A DNA stretch of 64,000 nt from Gemmatimonadales bacterium (GTDB taxonomy: Bacteria > Gemmatimonadota > Gemmatimonadetes > Gemmatimonadales > GWC2-71-9). Under the pieces are notes generated by a model, which saw only the letters and a program-made list of their open reading frames with translations, searched no databases and was not told the DNA's origin. Positions 39,270-47,262 of this stretch are shown in pieces (positions within the stretch are counted from its first letter, which is position 1; every line of letters begins with the position of its first letter). Where the stretch lies: the NCBI GenBank assembly GCA_033764135.1, contig JANRJE010000006.1, positions 54,675 to 118,674 on the forward strand. Direction: 5' to 3'. A program made the position numbers and the translations under genes.

Positions 39270-39742
39270 GAACCACTTCCATTGGCGGAAGAATGACAGT
39301 CACGCGGCGCATTGACTAGAGCCATTTCAGCTACCGGGTAGAGTAGATACAAAGCACATTAGACCGCGTGCATAGGTCACACTTGCTCGGGTTTCCCCGT
39401 CAGTTCCGAAGAACGTACTCGCATCATCGAATCTGGCCATCATGACGTTACGGAGGTAGTTCGACCAGATGCGGTCCTCCGCTTCGTAGAGTCCCACGTC
39501 GTAGCCCTCGAGCTGGGTGGCAGACGTCCCTCACAATTGTAGGAGCAGTCCAGATCGGCTCGTTGTTCTCACCACCCAATGAGGGGCGATACATGAATCG
39601 TTCACATTGTACCAGGAGACTCCCACAACGGCATGGCCACCCACGGTTCGTAAACCAGGGTAGTCGTGTCCCCCATTTCCCCCGTATATTCTGTTACCTG
39701 TATACCCGGCTTATACCGAAAGTCCTCTGACAGGGGGTTGCC

Positions 39743-40447
39743 ATGCGGGGCATCTGCTCTCTTATACTTGCGTGTGCTGGCGGACTCACCGCGTGCGCCG
39801 CGTCAGTGCAATATGTTGTCTCTGTCAGTACGCTGACTGACCCTGACTCGTCACCGCGCGAAACCTTCGTGATCCTGCCCAGCGCCCAGGCGTCCGACAC
39901 CAACGATTTACAGTTCCGAGAGGTCCGCAACTATCTAAAGCGAGCGCTCATCTCCAGGGGGCTAGTACCTACCGATGGCCGAGCGACGCCTCAACTTGCC
40001 ATATTTGTCGCCTATGGAATCGGTGAGCCAAGAACGCAAACGTATTCCTATTCGTTCCCAGTCTGGGGCAGGCTTCCTGGATCAACCACAATTGTTACTG
40101 CGACGACAACGGGGAATTCAGGTTCTTCGACAACCACCGGCACCGCGACGACTCAGCCCACCTCTGGCATCGTTGGTAACGCATCTGGTACGTCTTCGGT
40201 TACCACCTACACTCGTTACATGCTGATCCAGGCCGTGGACATCGGTTTGTACCAGCAGACACAGGTCTTTCGAGAGGCATGGCGCACCAATATCATCAGT
40301 ACGGGAACTTCCGGCGACCTTCGGGTTATTCTGCCAGTTCTTGTCGCGGCCGCTGTGCCGTACCTCGGGACCCAGACTACTCATGCCATCGAGGTTAAGT
40401 TGAAGGATTCCGATTCACGGTTAACCGCGATTCGCGGACACAAGTAA
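39743..40447 (+). CDS. Lipoprotein, DUF4136-like, with Thr/Ser/Gly-rich insert
   Basis: Lipobox 'LILACAGGLTAC'. 'ETFVILPS...' and 'YTRYMLIQAVD...EAWR' resemble the DUF4136 layout. Confidence 0.55.
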   Translation: MRGICSLILACAGGLTACAASVQYVVSVSTLTDPDSSPRETFVILPSAQASDTNDLQFREVRNYLKRALISRGLVPTDGRATPQLAIFVAYGIGEPRTQTYSYSFPVWGRLPGSTTIVTATTTGNSGSSTTTGTATTQPTSGIVGNASGTSSVTTYTRYMLIQAVDIGLYQQTQVFREAWRTNIISTGTSGDLRVILPVLVAAAVPYLGTQTTHAIEVKLKDSDSRLTAIRGHK

Positions 40448-40480
40448 TGGTAAGCGCGCTAATGCCCATCAATATGTTTG

Positions 40481-41182
40481 ATGTTGGCCAACGGCACCGG
40501 ACAATCATGCATGACCCAACGTGATCCTCGTGACGAAGGTCGCCCAGGCGAGAAAGAGTGGCAGGAGTTCCGCACTAGCTTTGCCGGGGCTTTGCTCCAC
40601 TCTTGGCTCATCCGCGACCTGGAGGAGATGCGGCCAGACTATCACTCTGAACTTAAGCAGCGGATTGGGGATGCCATTTGCACGATCTACGTCATGCGAG
40701 AGGAAGATCCTGACGCAATTGAAGGACCAATCCAGGGACCCGAGGGGAGTGGCGCCGACTTCTGGGACCTGCCGAGCTTGGAACTCCTCGAGAACCAACT
40801 TTTCCCACGTGGAACGAGCACCGAAGACATTTTGTTCGCTGCAAGAGGGCTCATAGTTGTTGGACTTCACGCCGCCCTAGAGTCCTATTTCTTGTCACGG
40901 TTTCAAGCGTCTGGTCGCAAGCCATTGTATCGTTTTGTTGAGGATGTCATCACTCGCAGTGGCGTCACGTTTCCCGCCGCACTCTTCCGCGATCTTGTTG
41001 ACTGCGATGAGACCCGTCACCTTTTCGCTCATTCGCGGGGCGTAGTCACGAATCGGTATATCCACAACGTCGCCGGCACTCAATTATCCGAGGGACAGTT
41101 TCGGCCCCTGCATACGACTGATCTTCATCGATTCGCTTCGGCTATCTGGCAAACTGCCGTCATGCTTCGCCATGTAGCTTGA
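40481..41182 (+). CDS. Hypothetical protein with HEPN-like Rx4H motif
   Basis: 'DCDETRHLFAHSRGVV' (R-H-L-F-A-H encoded at 41015-41032) in a predicted helical C-terminal half. Start is 40481 or 40511. Confidence 0.45.
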   Translation: MLANGTGQSCMTQRDPRDEGRPGEKEWQEFRTSFAGALLHSWLIRDLEEMRPDYHSELKQRIGDAICTIYVMREEDPDAIEGPIQGPEGSGADFWDLPSLELLENQLFPRGTSTEDILFAARGLIVVGLHAALESYFLSRFQASGRKPLYRFVEDVITRSGVTFPAALFRDLVDCDETRHLFAHSRGVVTNRYIHNVAGTQLSEGQFRPLHTTDLHRFASAIWQTAVMLRHVA

Positions 41183-41323
41183 GGCTCGGTCTATGTGGTT
41201 GAAAGGAGGTGTGGAGCCGTCGGCCGCGAAGCTCCGTGCAGCAGGCGGCGTCTTTAACACGACTGCGAATGATACGCAACGCGTTAGGTGGCACTCTGGT
41301 CCTTCCATTTGGACGGAGTCTTG

Positions 41324-41983
41324 ATGACTCAGTCGCGTTTCTACTTCGTGCCTACGTCCGTCGCCATAGAATGCCCGGCGTGCGGTGAGGTCGTCGCTGC
41401 TACCGTGGTCAGCCACTACGCCTATTTCGCAGAAGAACCAGGAATCCCGATCAGGTACCTATTCGCGCGGTGCCCCTCCTGCAACGACCCGATGGTAGCG
41501 CGTCAGGACAACGATGGCAATTGGGAAGACGATCGTGACTTCAGCCAGCCAGTTCGAGTCCTACCTGCCCCATTTCAAGCTGGTCACGCAGTTCCCTCAT
41601 CCGTTGCGTCCGCATATGAAGAGGCAGCAAGGTGTCTCACGGTTCGCGCATACGCAGCCACCGCATTGTTGTGCAGGAAGGCTCTCGAGGCTCTAGTCGC
41701 CGAGCATGAGATCACTAGCCGCAACCTTGCTGACGCTCTCAAAATCATGCGCGACCAGGGACTTATCGACCCACGAATCTTCGAGTGGGGAGATGCGCTT
41801 CGGCTCACAGGCAATCAGGCCGCTCACGACGTGGCTGACAATATTTCACGCGAAGACGCTCGTGATGTTCTCGACTTTACGAGCGCATTGATTGCCTATA
41901 TGTATACTTTTCGCGATCGCTTTGAGACTTTCAAAGCACGACGCACCGGACACAAGCGCGCTGCCACCGAACCAGACCCATGA
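41324..41983 (+). CDS. Zinc-ribbon + DUF4145 (HEPN-related) domain protein
   Basis: N-terminal 'CPACG...CPSCN'. C-terminal 'WGDALRLTGNQAAHD...DARDVLDFTSALIAYMY' is typical of DUF4145. Confidence 0.65.
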   Translation: MTQSRFYFVPTSVAIECPACGEVVAATVVSHYAYFAEEPGIPIRYLFARCPSCNDPMVARQDNDGNWEDDRDFSQPVRVLPAPFQAGHAVPSSVASAYEEAARCLTVRAYAATALLCRKALEALVAEHEITSRNLADALKIMRDQGLIDPRIFEWGDALRLTGNQAAHDVADNISREDARDVLDFTSALIAYMYTFRDRFETFKARRTGHKRAATEPDP

Positions 41984-42144
41984 AATCGGGCGACGGCGCA
42001 GTGGTCCTTGTGGCGTCTCGTCCCGGGCAACACCTTACGACCGGTCTTCTCAACGATGCCAACGGAATGGCTCCAGAGCACCGGCGGCTGCCGACCGACG
42101 CCACTTCGCTGGTGAGCTGCTGGCTGTCAGACCCGGGAGGGTGA
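41980..42144 (+). CDS. Possible 54-aa ORF (below the ORF-track cutoff)
   Basis: Its ATG overlaps the DUF4145 gene stop (ATGA at 41980-41983). I count about 70% G/C at third codon positions by hand. Confidence 0.3.
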   Translation: MKSGDGAVVLVASRPGQHLTTGLLNDANGMAPEHRRLPTDATSLVSCWLSDPGG

Positions 42145-42380
42145 CGGTGGCCATTGGAGGCGACGTGGTACTGGGCGCGGCTGCAAGGCCCGTTGGGCAC
42201 AACATGGATTCCGGCCGGGACGGCCCATCCCTACCGGGTCAAGTTGATCTGCCCGACCCGGGCCAGCATCGACGCGCGCTGTCATGGACGGTCCCTGGAT
42301 TGATTATCCAGGCCGCTGGACTCGCACAAGGGCAGATGGTGACCTCGGGGGTGCCCAACTCCACCACGCTCCGGGATTAG
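42141..42380 (+). CDS. Possible 79-aa ORF
   Basis: Its GTG overlaps the previous stop (GTGA at 41141+1000, i.e. 42141-42144). The C-terminus 'WTVPGLIIQAAGLAQGQMV' is faintly AbrB/SpoVT-like. Confidence 0.3.
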   Translation: MTVAIGGDVVLGAAARPVGHNMDSGRDGPSLPGQVDLPDPGQHRRALSWTVPGLIIQAAGLAQGQMVTSGVPNSTTLRD

Positions 42381-42463
42381 CTTGCATCGCGGATGGTTAG
42401 GGCGCGGTGTACTTGAAAGTATGGAGTTAGGAAGCCAGACCGAATTACAACGGAGGCCGACCC

Positions 42464-42973
42464 GTGGAAAGTGGTATGCTGCTCATCATTATTGGGGCTA
42501 GCCTACTTGTCGCAGCCCTAGTTGGGTCCTTTGTTGCAGGTGCCAAAGGTCGCAGCGGTACCGAGGGATTCTTCCTCGGCTTGATCCTAGGCCCATTCGG
42601 CCTCCTCATCGAAGCCCTTCTCCCCACCCTTCGATCACAAGGTTCGCCCTCACTAACGCCAAGTTGCTCAACGTTCGAAGACGAGCCCTTCGACCCCGGG
42701 CAGCTATCGAAGAAGTGCCCGGATTGCGCTGAGACCATCAAGCTTGAAGCCCGCGTCTGCCGCTTCTGTCAAGCGCGGTTCGATGACCAGGCCGTCGCGC
42801 TTGCGGTCGAGGCTGCCAGAGGTACGCACGGAGCCACTACAGCCCGGTCACCAACTGCTGGTCCGATTGTAGCCAAATGCGCAGTTTGCGGCGTTCCGTT
42901 GACAGAAGAGGAGGTACACTCACTGATAGGCAAGTCCTATTGCGACCGCCACTTCACGGAGAAGATCAATTAG
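42464..42973 (+). CDS. Membrane protein (2 TM) with two cytoplasmic zinc-ribbon motifs
   Basis: TM 'LLIIIGASLLVAALVGSFVAG' and 'FFLGLILGPFGLLIEALL'. 'CPDCAETI...CRFCQARF' and 'CAVCGVPL...YCDRHF'. GTG start behind ACGGAGG. Confidence 0.6.
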   Translation: MESGMLLIIIGASLLVAALVGSFVAGAKGRSGTEGFFLGLILGPFGLLIEALLPTLRSQGSPSLTPSCSTFEDEPFDPGQLSKKCPDCAETIKLEARVCRFCQARFDDQAVALAVEAARGTHGATTARSPTAGPIVAKCAVCGVPLTEEEVHSLIGKSYCDRHFTEKIN

Positions 42974-43068
42974 GGCTTCCTAACCAGCGCTTGGACGCTG
43001 CCGGGGCCGCCAGGGATCTTCGATCGGCTTGGCGTCGCAGGTCAAGCGCAGGTCGTTAGGCCGCCAAT

Positions 43069-43545
43069 TCATTCGGGATAGACCTGAGTGCCGTGTTCAG
43101 TTACGAACTTGACCGGGATTTTGGGGTTATTGATGTCGCCATCGACCTCCCACTTCGCCTCCCACTTCGCGAAATAGTGCTCCAGCGCACCAGGGGTCAC
43201 TCTATAGATCGCTTCGATTTCGATCCCTGCGTAGACCGCGAACACCCACTCCACCTTGCGGTATTTTTCAATGATCCCGGGGTTCAGATGGTGGTGTGTC
43301 GAGAAGCTCTTGGTCAGCAACCGATTTACACTCTTCAACTCAAATTCGTTCCCGGCCGCATCAACGGCATCGTTGCCCTCTCGACCAGGAATGATCACGA
43401 GCCCTGTGATCAAGAGGACCTGAAGCAGTTTGCCGCCGTTATCTTGAAAGATGTCTGCGATCCCATGCTTCGTGGCGAGATCTTGGTACAGGCGCACGGC
43501 GGGAAGCAGCTTCCACAGCTCTGGCAGATCTTCGTGTGGCTTCAC
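43069..43545 (-). CDS. Type II restriction endonuclease, PvuII family (predicted CAGCTG specificity)
   Basis: '[19 protein letters not shown]', '[10 protein letters not shown]', 'ELKS', 'FSTHHH' and 'INNPKIPVK' are collinear with my recollection of R.PvuII. Confidence 0.9.
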   Translation of the reverse strand: MKPHEDLPELWKLLPAVRLYQDLATKHGIADIFQDNGGKLLQVLLITGLVIIPGREGNDAVDAAGNEFELKSVNRLLTKSFSTHHHLNPGIIEKYRKVEWVFAVYAGIEIEAIYRVTPGALEHYFAKWEAKWEVDGDINNPKIPVKFVTEHGTQVYPE

Positions 43546-43772
43546 AGTCCCAGACCGCCGAGAAGTTCAGTCACTCGGATTCCCAGGGCGCCGGCTAGCC
43601 GTTCTATGTTGTCGATCGATATATTTCGTTCACCACGCTCGACTGAGCCCACATAGGTACGGTGGAGTCCCGCTCTCGCTGCCAACTCCTCCTGTGAAAT
43701 CCGCGCAGCTTGCCTCGTAGCTCGAAGATTTTGAGCCAAGACCAGCCGGGCATTCTGCGTTTTTTTCGTCAT
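43542..43772 (-). CDS. Controller (C) protein, XRE-type HTH
   Basis: '[39 protein letters not shown]'. ATGA overlap with the R gene, as in pvuIIC-pvuIIR. Confidence 0.85.
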   Translation of the reverse strand: MTKKTQNARLVLAQNLRATRQAARISQEELAARAGLHRTYVGSVERGERNISIDNIERLAGALGIRVTELLGGLGL

Positions 43773-43791
43773 GGTTTAAATTTGGTGGGGC

Positions 43792-43809
43792 GATTACTAT
43801 ACGTCTACA
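43792..43809 (-). promoter_or_regulatory. Candidate C-box operator upstream of the C gene
   Basis: The minus strand reads TGTAGACGTATAGTAATC, which resembles the GACT-N3-AGTC-type C-boxes as I remember them. Imperfect match. Confidence 0.35.
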
Positions 43810-43829
43810 GCTTTTAAGTAGCATTTGTT

Positions 43830-44861
43830 ATGGGAGGAACCATGCTGAGCGCTGAACCGGCTTACTCGACAAGACTAGGGAAATGCATCTGCGGCGATTC
43901 CCTCGACCTCATCCCTCAGCTGACTGACGAGTCGGTAGATTTGGCACTGACCAGCCCCCCATTCGCTCTGCAGCGAAAAAAGGAGTACGGAAACCCGGAT
44001 CAAGGCGACTACGTCGAATGGCTCGCCACTTTTGCACTGGCCCTGCTTCCGAAACTCAAGGAAACTGGAAGCTTCGTAATCGACATTGGTGGTGCCTATC
44101 AAAAGGGCATTCCCTCTCGCAGCCTCTACCCCTTCAAGACTCTGATCAAGTTCTGCGACGAGCTTGGGTATCATCTTGCCGAGGACTTCTACTGGTTCAA
44201 TCCCTCAAAGCTCCCAAGCCCGATCGAATGGGTAAACAAGCGCAAGCTTCGCGCGAAGGATTCGGTCAATACAGTCTGGTGGCTGAGTAAGACTCCTTGG
44301 CCAAAAGCTGATATTTCGACTGTACTGACAGAATACAGTCCGCGCATGAAGCAGCTTTTGCAGGACCCGACTGGGTTTTATTCGCCAAAGCTTCGACCCT
44401 CCGGTCACGACATCGGGGCTGCCTTCGCGCAGAACAACGGCGGCGCAATTCCGTCGAATTTGTTGAGCATTCCCAACTCCGAATCGAACGGCGCGTATTT
44501 GGGAACGTGCAAAGCCCTAGGGTTGGTAGGTCATCCTGCGAGGTTTCCTGGGAAGCTACCAGAATTTTTCATTCGTATGCTGACTTCCCCGGGAGATCTT
44601 GTCCTCGATTTCTTTTCCGGATCGAACACGACGGGCATGGTTGCCGAGGCCGAAGGCCGCCGTTGGCTCAGCTTCGAACTTGATCGCGAATACACTGCAA
44701 CTTCTGTTTTTCGCTTTCTCGGCGACAAGCCTGTCTCAGAGATCGCGAAGGAAATGCACGCTCGCGTTCTGGCCGGCGAACATCTTGACCTCAGCGCATT
44801 TCGACCACAGTCAGAATTGTTTGAAGGCGAAGCGACTGGCCCACGCGCAGTGAATGCATAA
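43830..44861 (+). CDS. N4-cytosine DNA methyltransferase, M.PvuII family
   Basis: 'LALTSPPFALQRKKEYGN' (SPPF motif), 'EDFYWFNPSKLPSPIEWVNKRKLR' and 'HPARFPGKLPEFFIRMLT'. Divergent from C-R. Confidence 0.9.
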   Translation: MGGTMLSAEPAYSTRLGKCICGDSLDLIPQLTDESVDLALTSPPFALQRKKEYGNPDQGDYVEWLATFALALLPKLKETGSFVIDIGGAYQKGIPSRSLYPFKTLIKFCDELGYHLAEDFYWFNPSKLPSPIEWVNKRKLRAKDSVNTVWWLSKTPWPKADISTVLTEYSPRMKQLLQDPTGFYSPKLRPSGHDIGAAFAQNNGGAIPSNLLSIPNSESNGAYLGTCKALGLVGHPARFPGKLPEFFIRMLTSPGDLVLDFFSGSNTTGMVAEAEGRRWLSFELDREYTATSVFRFLGDKPVSEIAKEMHARVLAGEHLDLSAFRPQSELFEGEATGPRAVNA

Positions 44862-45064
44862 AGGAAGTCCAAGCGTCACCACATAGCCCTTCACTGCCTG
44901 ATTCTGCAATTGCGCAGTTGCGGCATCACATGCGTTTGCTGCTGACGGCTGCGCTACCCACGAGGCGCCTGCGGCGCGAGCGCGCTCGCGGCTGATTGCC
45001 ACCTCGCGATGTCTTTCTCGAACCGTCAGTCCGCAACCCTCGCTGGAGAAAACAGGTACCTGAT

Positions 45065-45382
45065 ATGACGCCGAAGATTTCTGGAGGGCTGGTTCACGAC
45101 TTGCCCGGCGACTTGGCCAAGGCCATGACGGACGATGGCCTGATCGGTACTTGGGAAGCCTTGTCGGCGATCGGCCGCAACGAGTATATCTGTTGGGTTG
45201 AAGACGCCAAACAGGAGAAGACCAGAGCAAAACGGATCGCGCGAGCTGTCGAGGAGCTTCTGGAAGGGAAAAAGCGACCTTGCTGCTGGGTCGGGTGCAT
45301 ACACCGCACCGACAAGAAGCCCAGCAAGTGGCAACAGGATGTCCTGATAGACAAGAAACCGAAAAAGGCCGCGACGCAATGA
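45065..45382 (+). CDS. YdeI/OmpD-associated family protein
   Basis: 'TWEALSAIGRNEYICWVEDAKQEKTRAKRIARAVEEL'. Confidence 0.6.
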   Translation: MTPKISGGLVHDLPGDLAKAMTDDGLIGTWEALSAIGRNEYICWVEDAKQEKTRAKRIARAVEELLEGKKRPCCWVGCIHRTDKKPSKWQQDVLIDKKPKKAATQ

Positions 45383-45455
45383 GATGGCACCAACGCATGA
45401 CAATCGGCTCCGCACGGAGCCAGGCGTTGGGACGACCTGCCACAGGAGGATTGCC

Positions 45456-45932
45456 ATGAGTGTGATGAAGAAACTTCGTGCGGCCCTGGTCGTCGGCGCA
45501 ACCCGGGCGGTCGCGTGGGGTGTGCTGGCCATGGTCGGCCTCTACGCCATGGTTCTCGCCACCCGCTCCCCGGCAGAGCTGGCCGACTTGGCAACTCGAA
45601 TGAGTATCGCGCACAGTATCCCCGCCACCGCATTCGTCCTCGGTGCGTTGCTTGGCTTCATCGCAGGGCTGCTGTTCTCGCTTCTTCTCGCGGTCGGCGA
45701 AGCGCAGGCCGCCTCGCGGCGATTCACCATCTCGCGTGCATTGATGTGGGGCACGGTCGCCGGCGTGGGCATGGGAGCGACAATCTCGCTCGTCACCGGC
45801 TGGGCGGTCTCCAGTGAACTTGCGGCTGTGTTCCTTCTCTCGGGCGGGACGGCAGCTGCAGCCACCTTGGTCACAGCGCGGCGCGCACCGCGCCTTGATT
45901 CCTCGCTGCACAGAGACCGACTGGCGCCCTGA
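45456..45932 (+). CDS. Hypothetical 4-TM membrane protein
   Basis: CAGGAGGA RBS. Hydrophobic segments 'AWGVLAMVGLYAMVL', 'FVLGALLGFIAGLLFSLLLAV' and others. Confidence 0.5.
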   Translation: MSVMKKLRAALVVGATRAVAWGVLAMVGLYAMVLATRSPAELADLATRMSIAHSIPATAFVLGALLGFIAGLLFSLLLAVGEAQAASRRFTISRALMWGTVAGVGMGATISLVTGWAVSSELAAVFLLSGGTAAAATLVTARRAPRLDSSLHRDRLAP

Positions 45933-46307
45933 CATGGCGCCATCTCTCCCAACGGGGCCGATCTGATCCGATAAACCTTCCTCGCGCTGGACACGCACGG
46001 ATCGATCCGGCGAAGATCCAGCAGTATCTGCTGTCGTCGTCGCATCCTATCGGCCGTTCGAAAGCAAGGTTCTTTCGTCGGCTTGGCTTCGCCGCTTCAC
46101 GCTGGCAGGAACTCCGCGACGCATTACTCCTTCACGCGCGACACGGTGCAGCGACCACCGCCCAAGCCGGTCCGTTTGGACAAAAGTACTTGGTCCGGTA
46201 TGCTTCAGGGATCGGGCGACCGCGCCGCAGTCGTGAGCGTCTGGATTGTGCGGACCGGCACTGCCGATCCGGTATTCGTCACCGCTTATCCCGAGGACGG
46301 CCCATGA
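45933..46307 (+). pseudogene. DUF6883-like gene relic (no start codon, internal frameshift near 46195-46210)
   Basis: Frame A reads '...IDPAKIQQYLLSSSHPIGRSKARFFRRLGF...PFGQKYLVRY'. Frame B continues 'LQGSGDRAAVVSVWIVRTGTADPVFVTAYPEDGP*'. Confidence 0.5.
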
Positions 46308-46543
46308 CCTTCCGTGAACTCGACACCGTCGTACTTACCCGCGACCGGCCCGAAGCTGGCCTCAAGGCCGGCGACTTGGGAGCGGTCGTGCATGTCCACG
46401 CGCCTGCCGATGTTGAAGTCGAGTTCGTCGCTGCATCAGGACGGACGCAGGCCCTCATCACGTTGCACGCCGACGAGCTCCGCGCCGTGGACGACAATGA
46501 CCTGCTTGCGGTCCGTGCCGTTCCTGCGACAGGGGCAGCCTGA
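46304..46543 (+). CDS. DUF4926-domain protein (usual partner of DUF6883)
   Basis: 'FRELDTVVLTRDRPEAGLKAGDLGAVVHVH...VEVEF'. ATGA overlap with the relic upstream. Confidence 0.6.
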   Translation: MTFRELDTVVLTRDRPEAGLKAGDLGAVVHVHAPADVEVEFVAASGRTQALITLHADELRAVDDNDLLAVRAVPATGAA

Positions 46544-46730
46544 CGAAGTGGTGGAACGGCCGAACCCGGATCCGTCGGTAATGCGCGATTGGCGAGCACG
46601 ATTCATTGGCGCCTTCGCTGCTTGACACTCCCGCGTCACCCCGTGAACCTCCCGATATGGCCGCACCTCCAGACTGTGAGCTCTGGTTCTTGAAGAGATA
46701 TTGTTCACGTACGGCTTCGCGAATCGCATT

Positions 46731-47240
46731 ATGCCCACGCCTTGCTGCCAGGTAACTCCTCATGATCCGGTCCGCCCGGCGACTCATGCTGATCACGCCG
46801 AGATCGTGCGGGTGGTGAACCTCGCGTATCGGGTGGAGGACTTCTTTGTGCGGGGAGACCGGCTCACGCCGACGTTGTTGACGACGTATGCATCGCGCCC
46901 GGCCGGTGCCTTTCTGGTTGTCGACGGTGAGACGCCTGGCACGCTTGCCGCATCGGTCTACTTCGAACAGCGCGCCTATCGCGGTTGGTTCGGGATGCTG
47001 GCGGTGGATCCGGCCGCACAGGGTCGCGGCCTTGCGCACGCGCTCATCGTGGCCGTCGAAGAGCGGTGTCGTCGGTCCGGATTGGAGTCGCTCGAGCTCG
47101 AAATGGTTGACCTGCGCACGGAATTGCCGGCGTTCTATGAGCGGTTCGGTTTTGAGATCACCGGGCGGCGACCGTTCCCGGATCCGGAAAAGCTCAAGCG
47201 TCCTGCGGAGATGATCGTGATGGGAAAGCATGTGAGGTAG
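46731..47240 (+). CDS. GNAT-family N-acetyltransferase
   Basis: '[32 protein letters not shown]' (motif A) and 'FYERFGF'. Confidence 0.8.
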   Translation: MPTPCCQVTPHDPVRPATHADHAEIVRVVNLAYRVEDFFVRGDRLTPTLLTTYASRPAGAFLVVDGETPGTLAASVYFEQRAYRGWFGMLAVDPAAQGRGLAHALIVAVEERCRRSGLESLELEMVDLRTELPAFYERFGFEITGRRPFPDPEKLKRPAEMIVMGKHVR

Positions 47241-47262
47241 GGGGCGCGTTGCTGCAGCGCGC

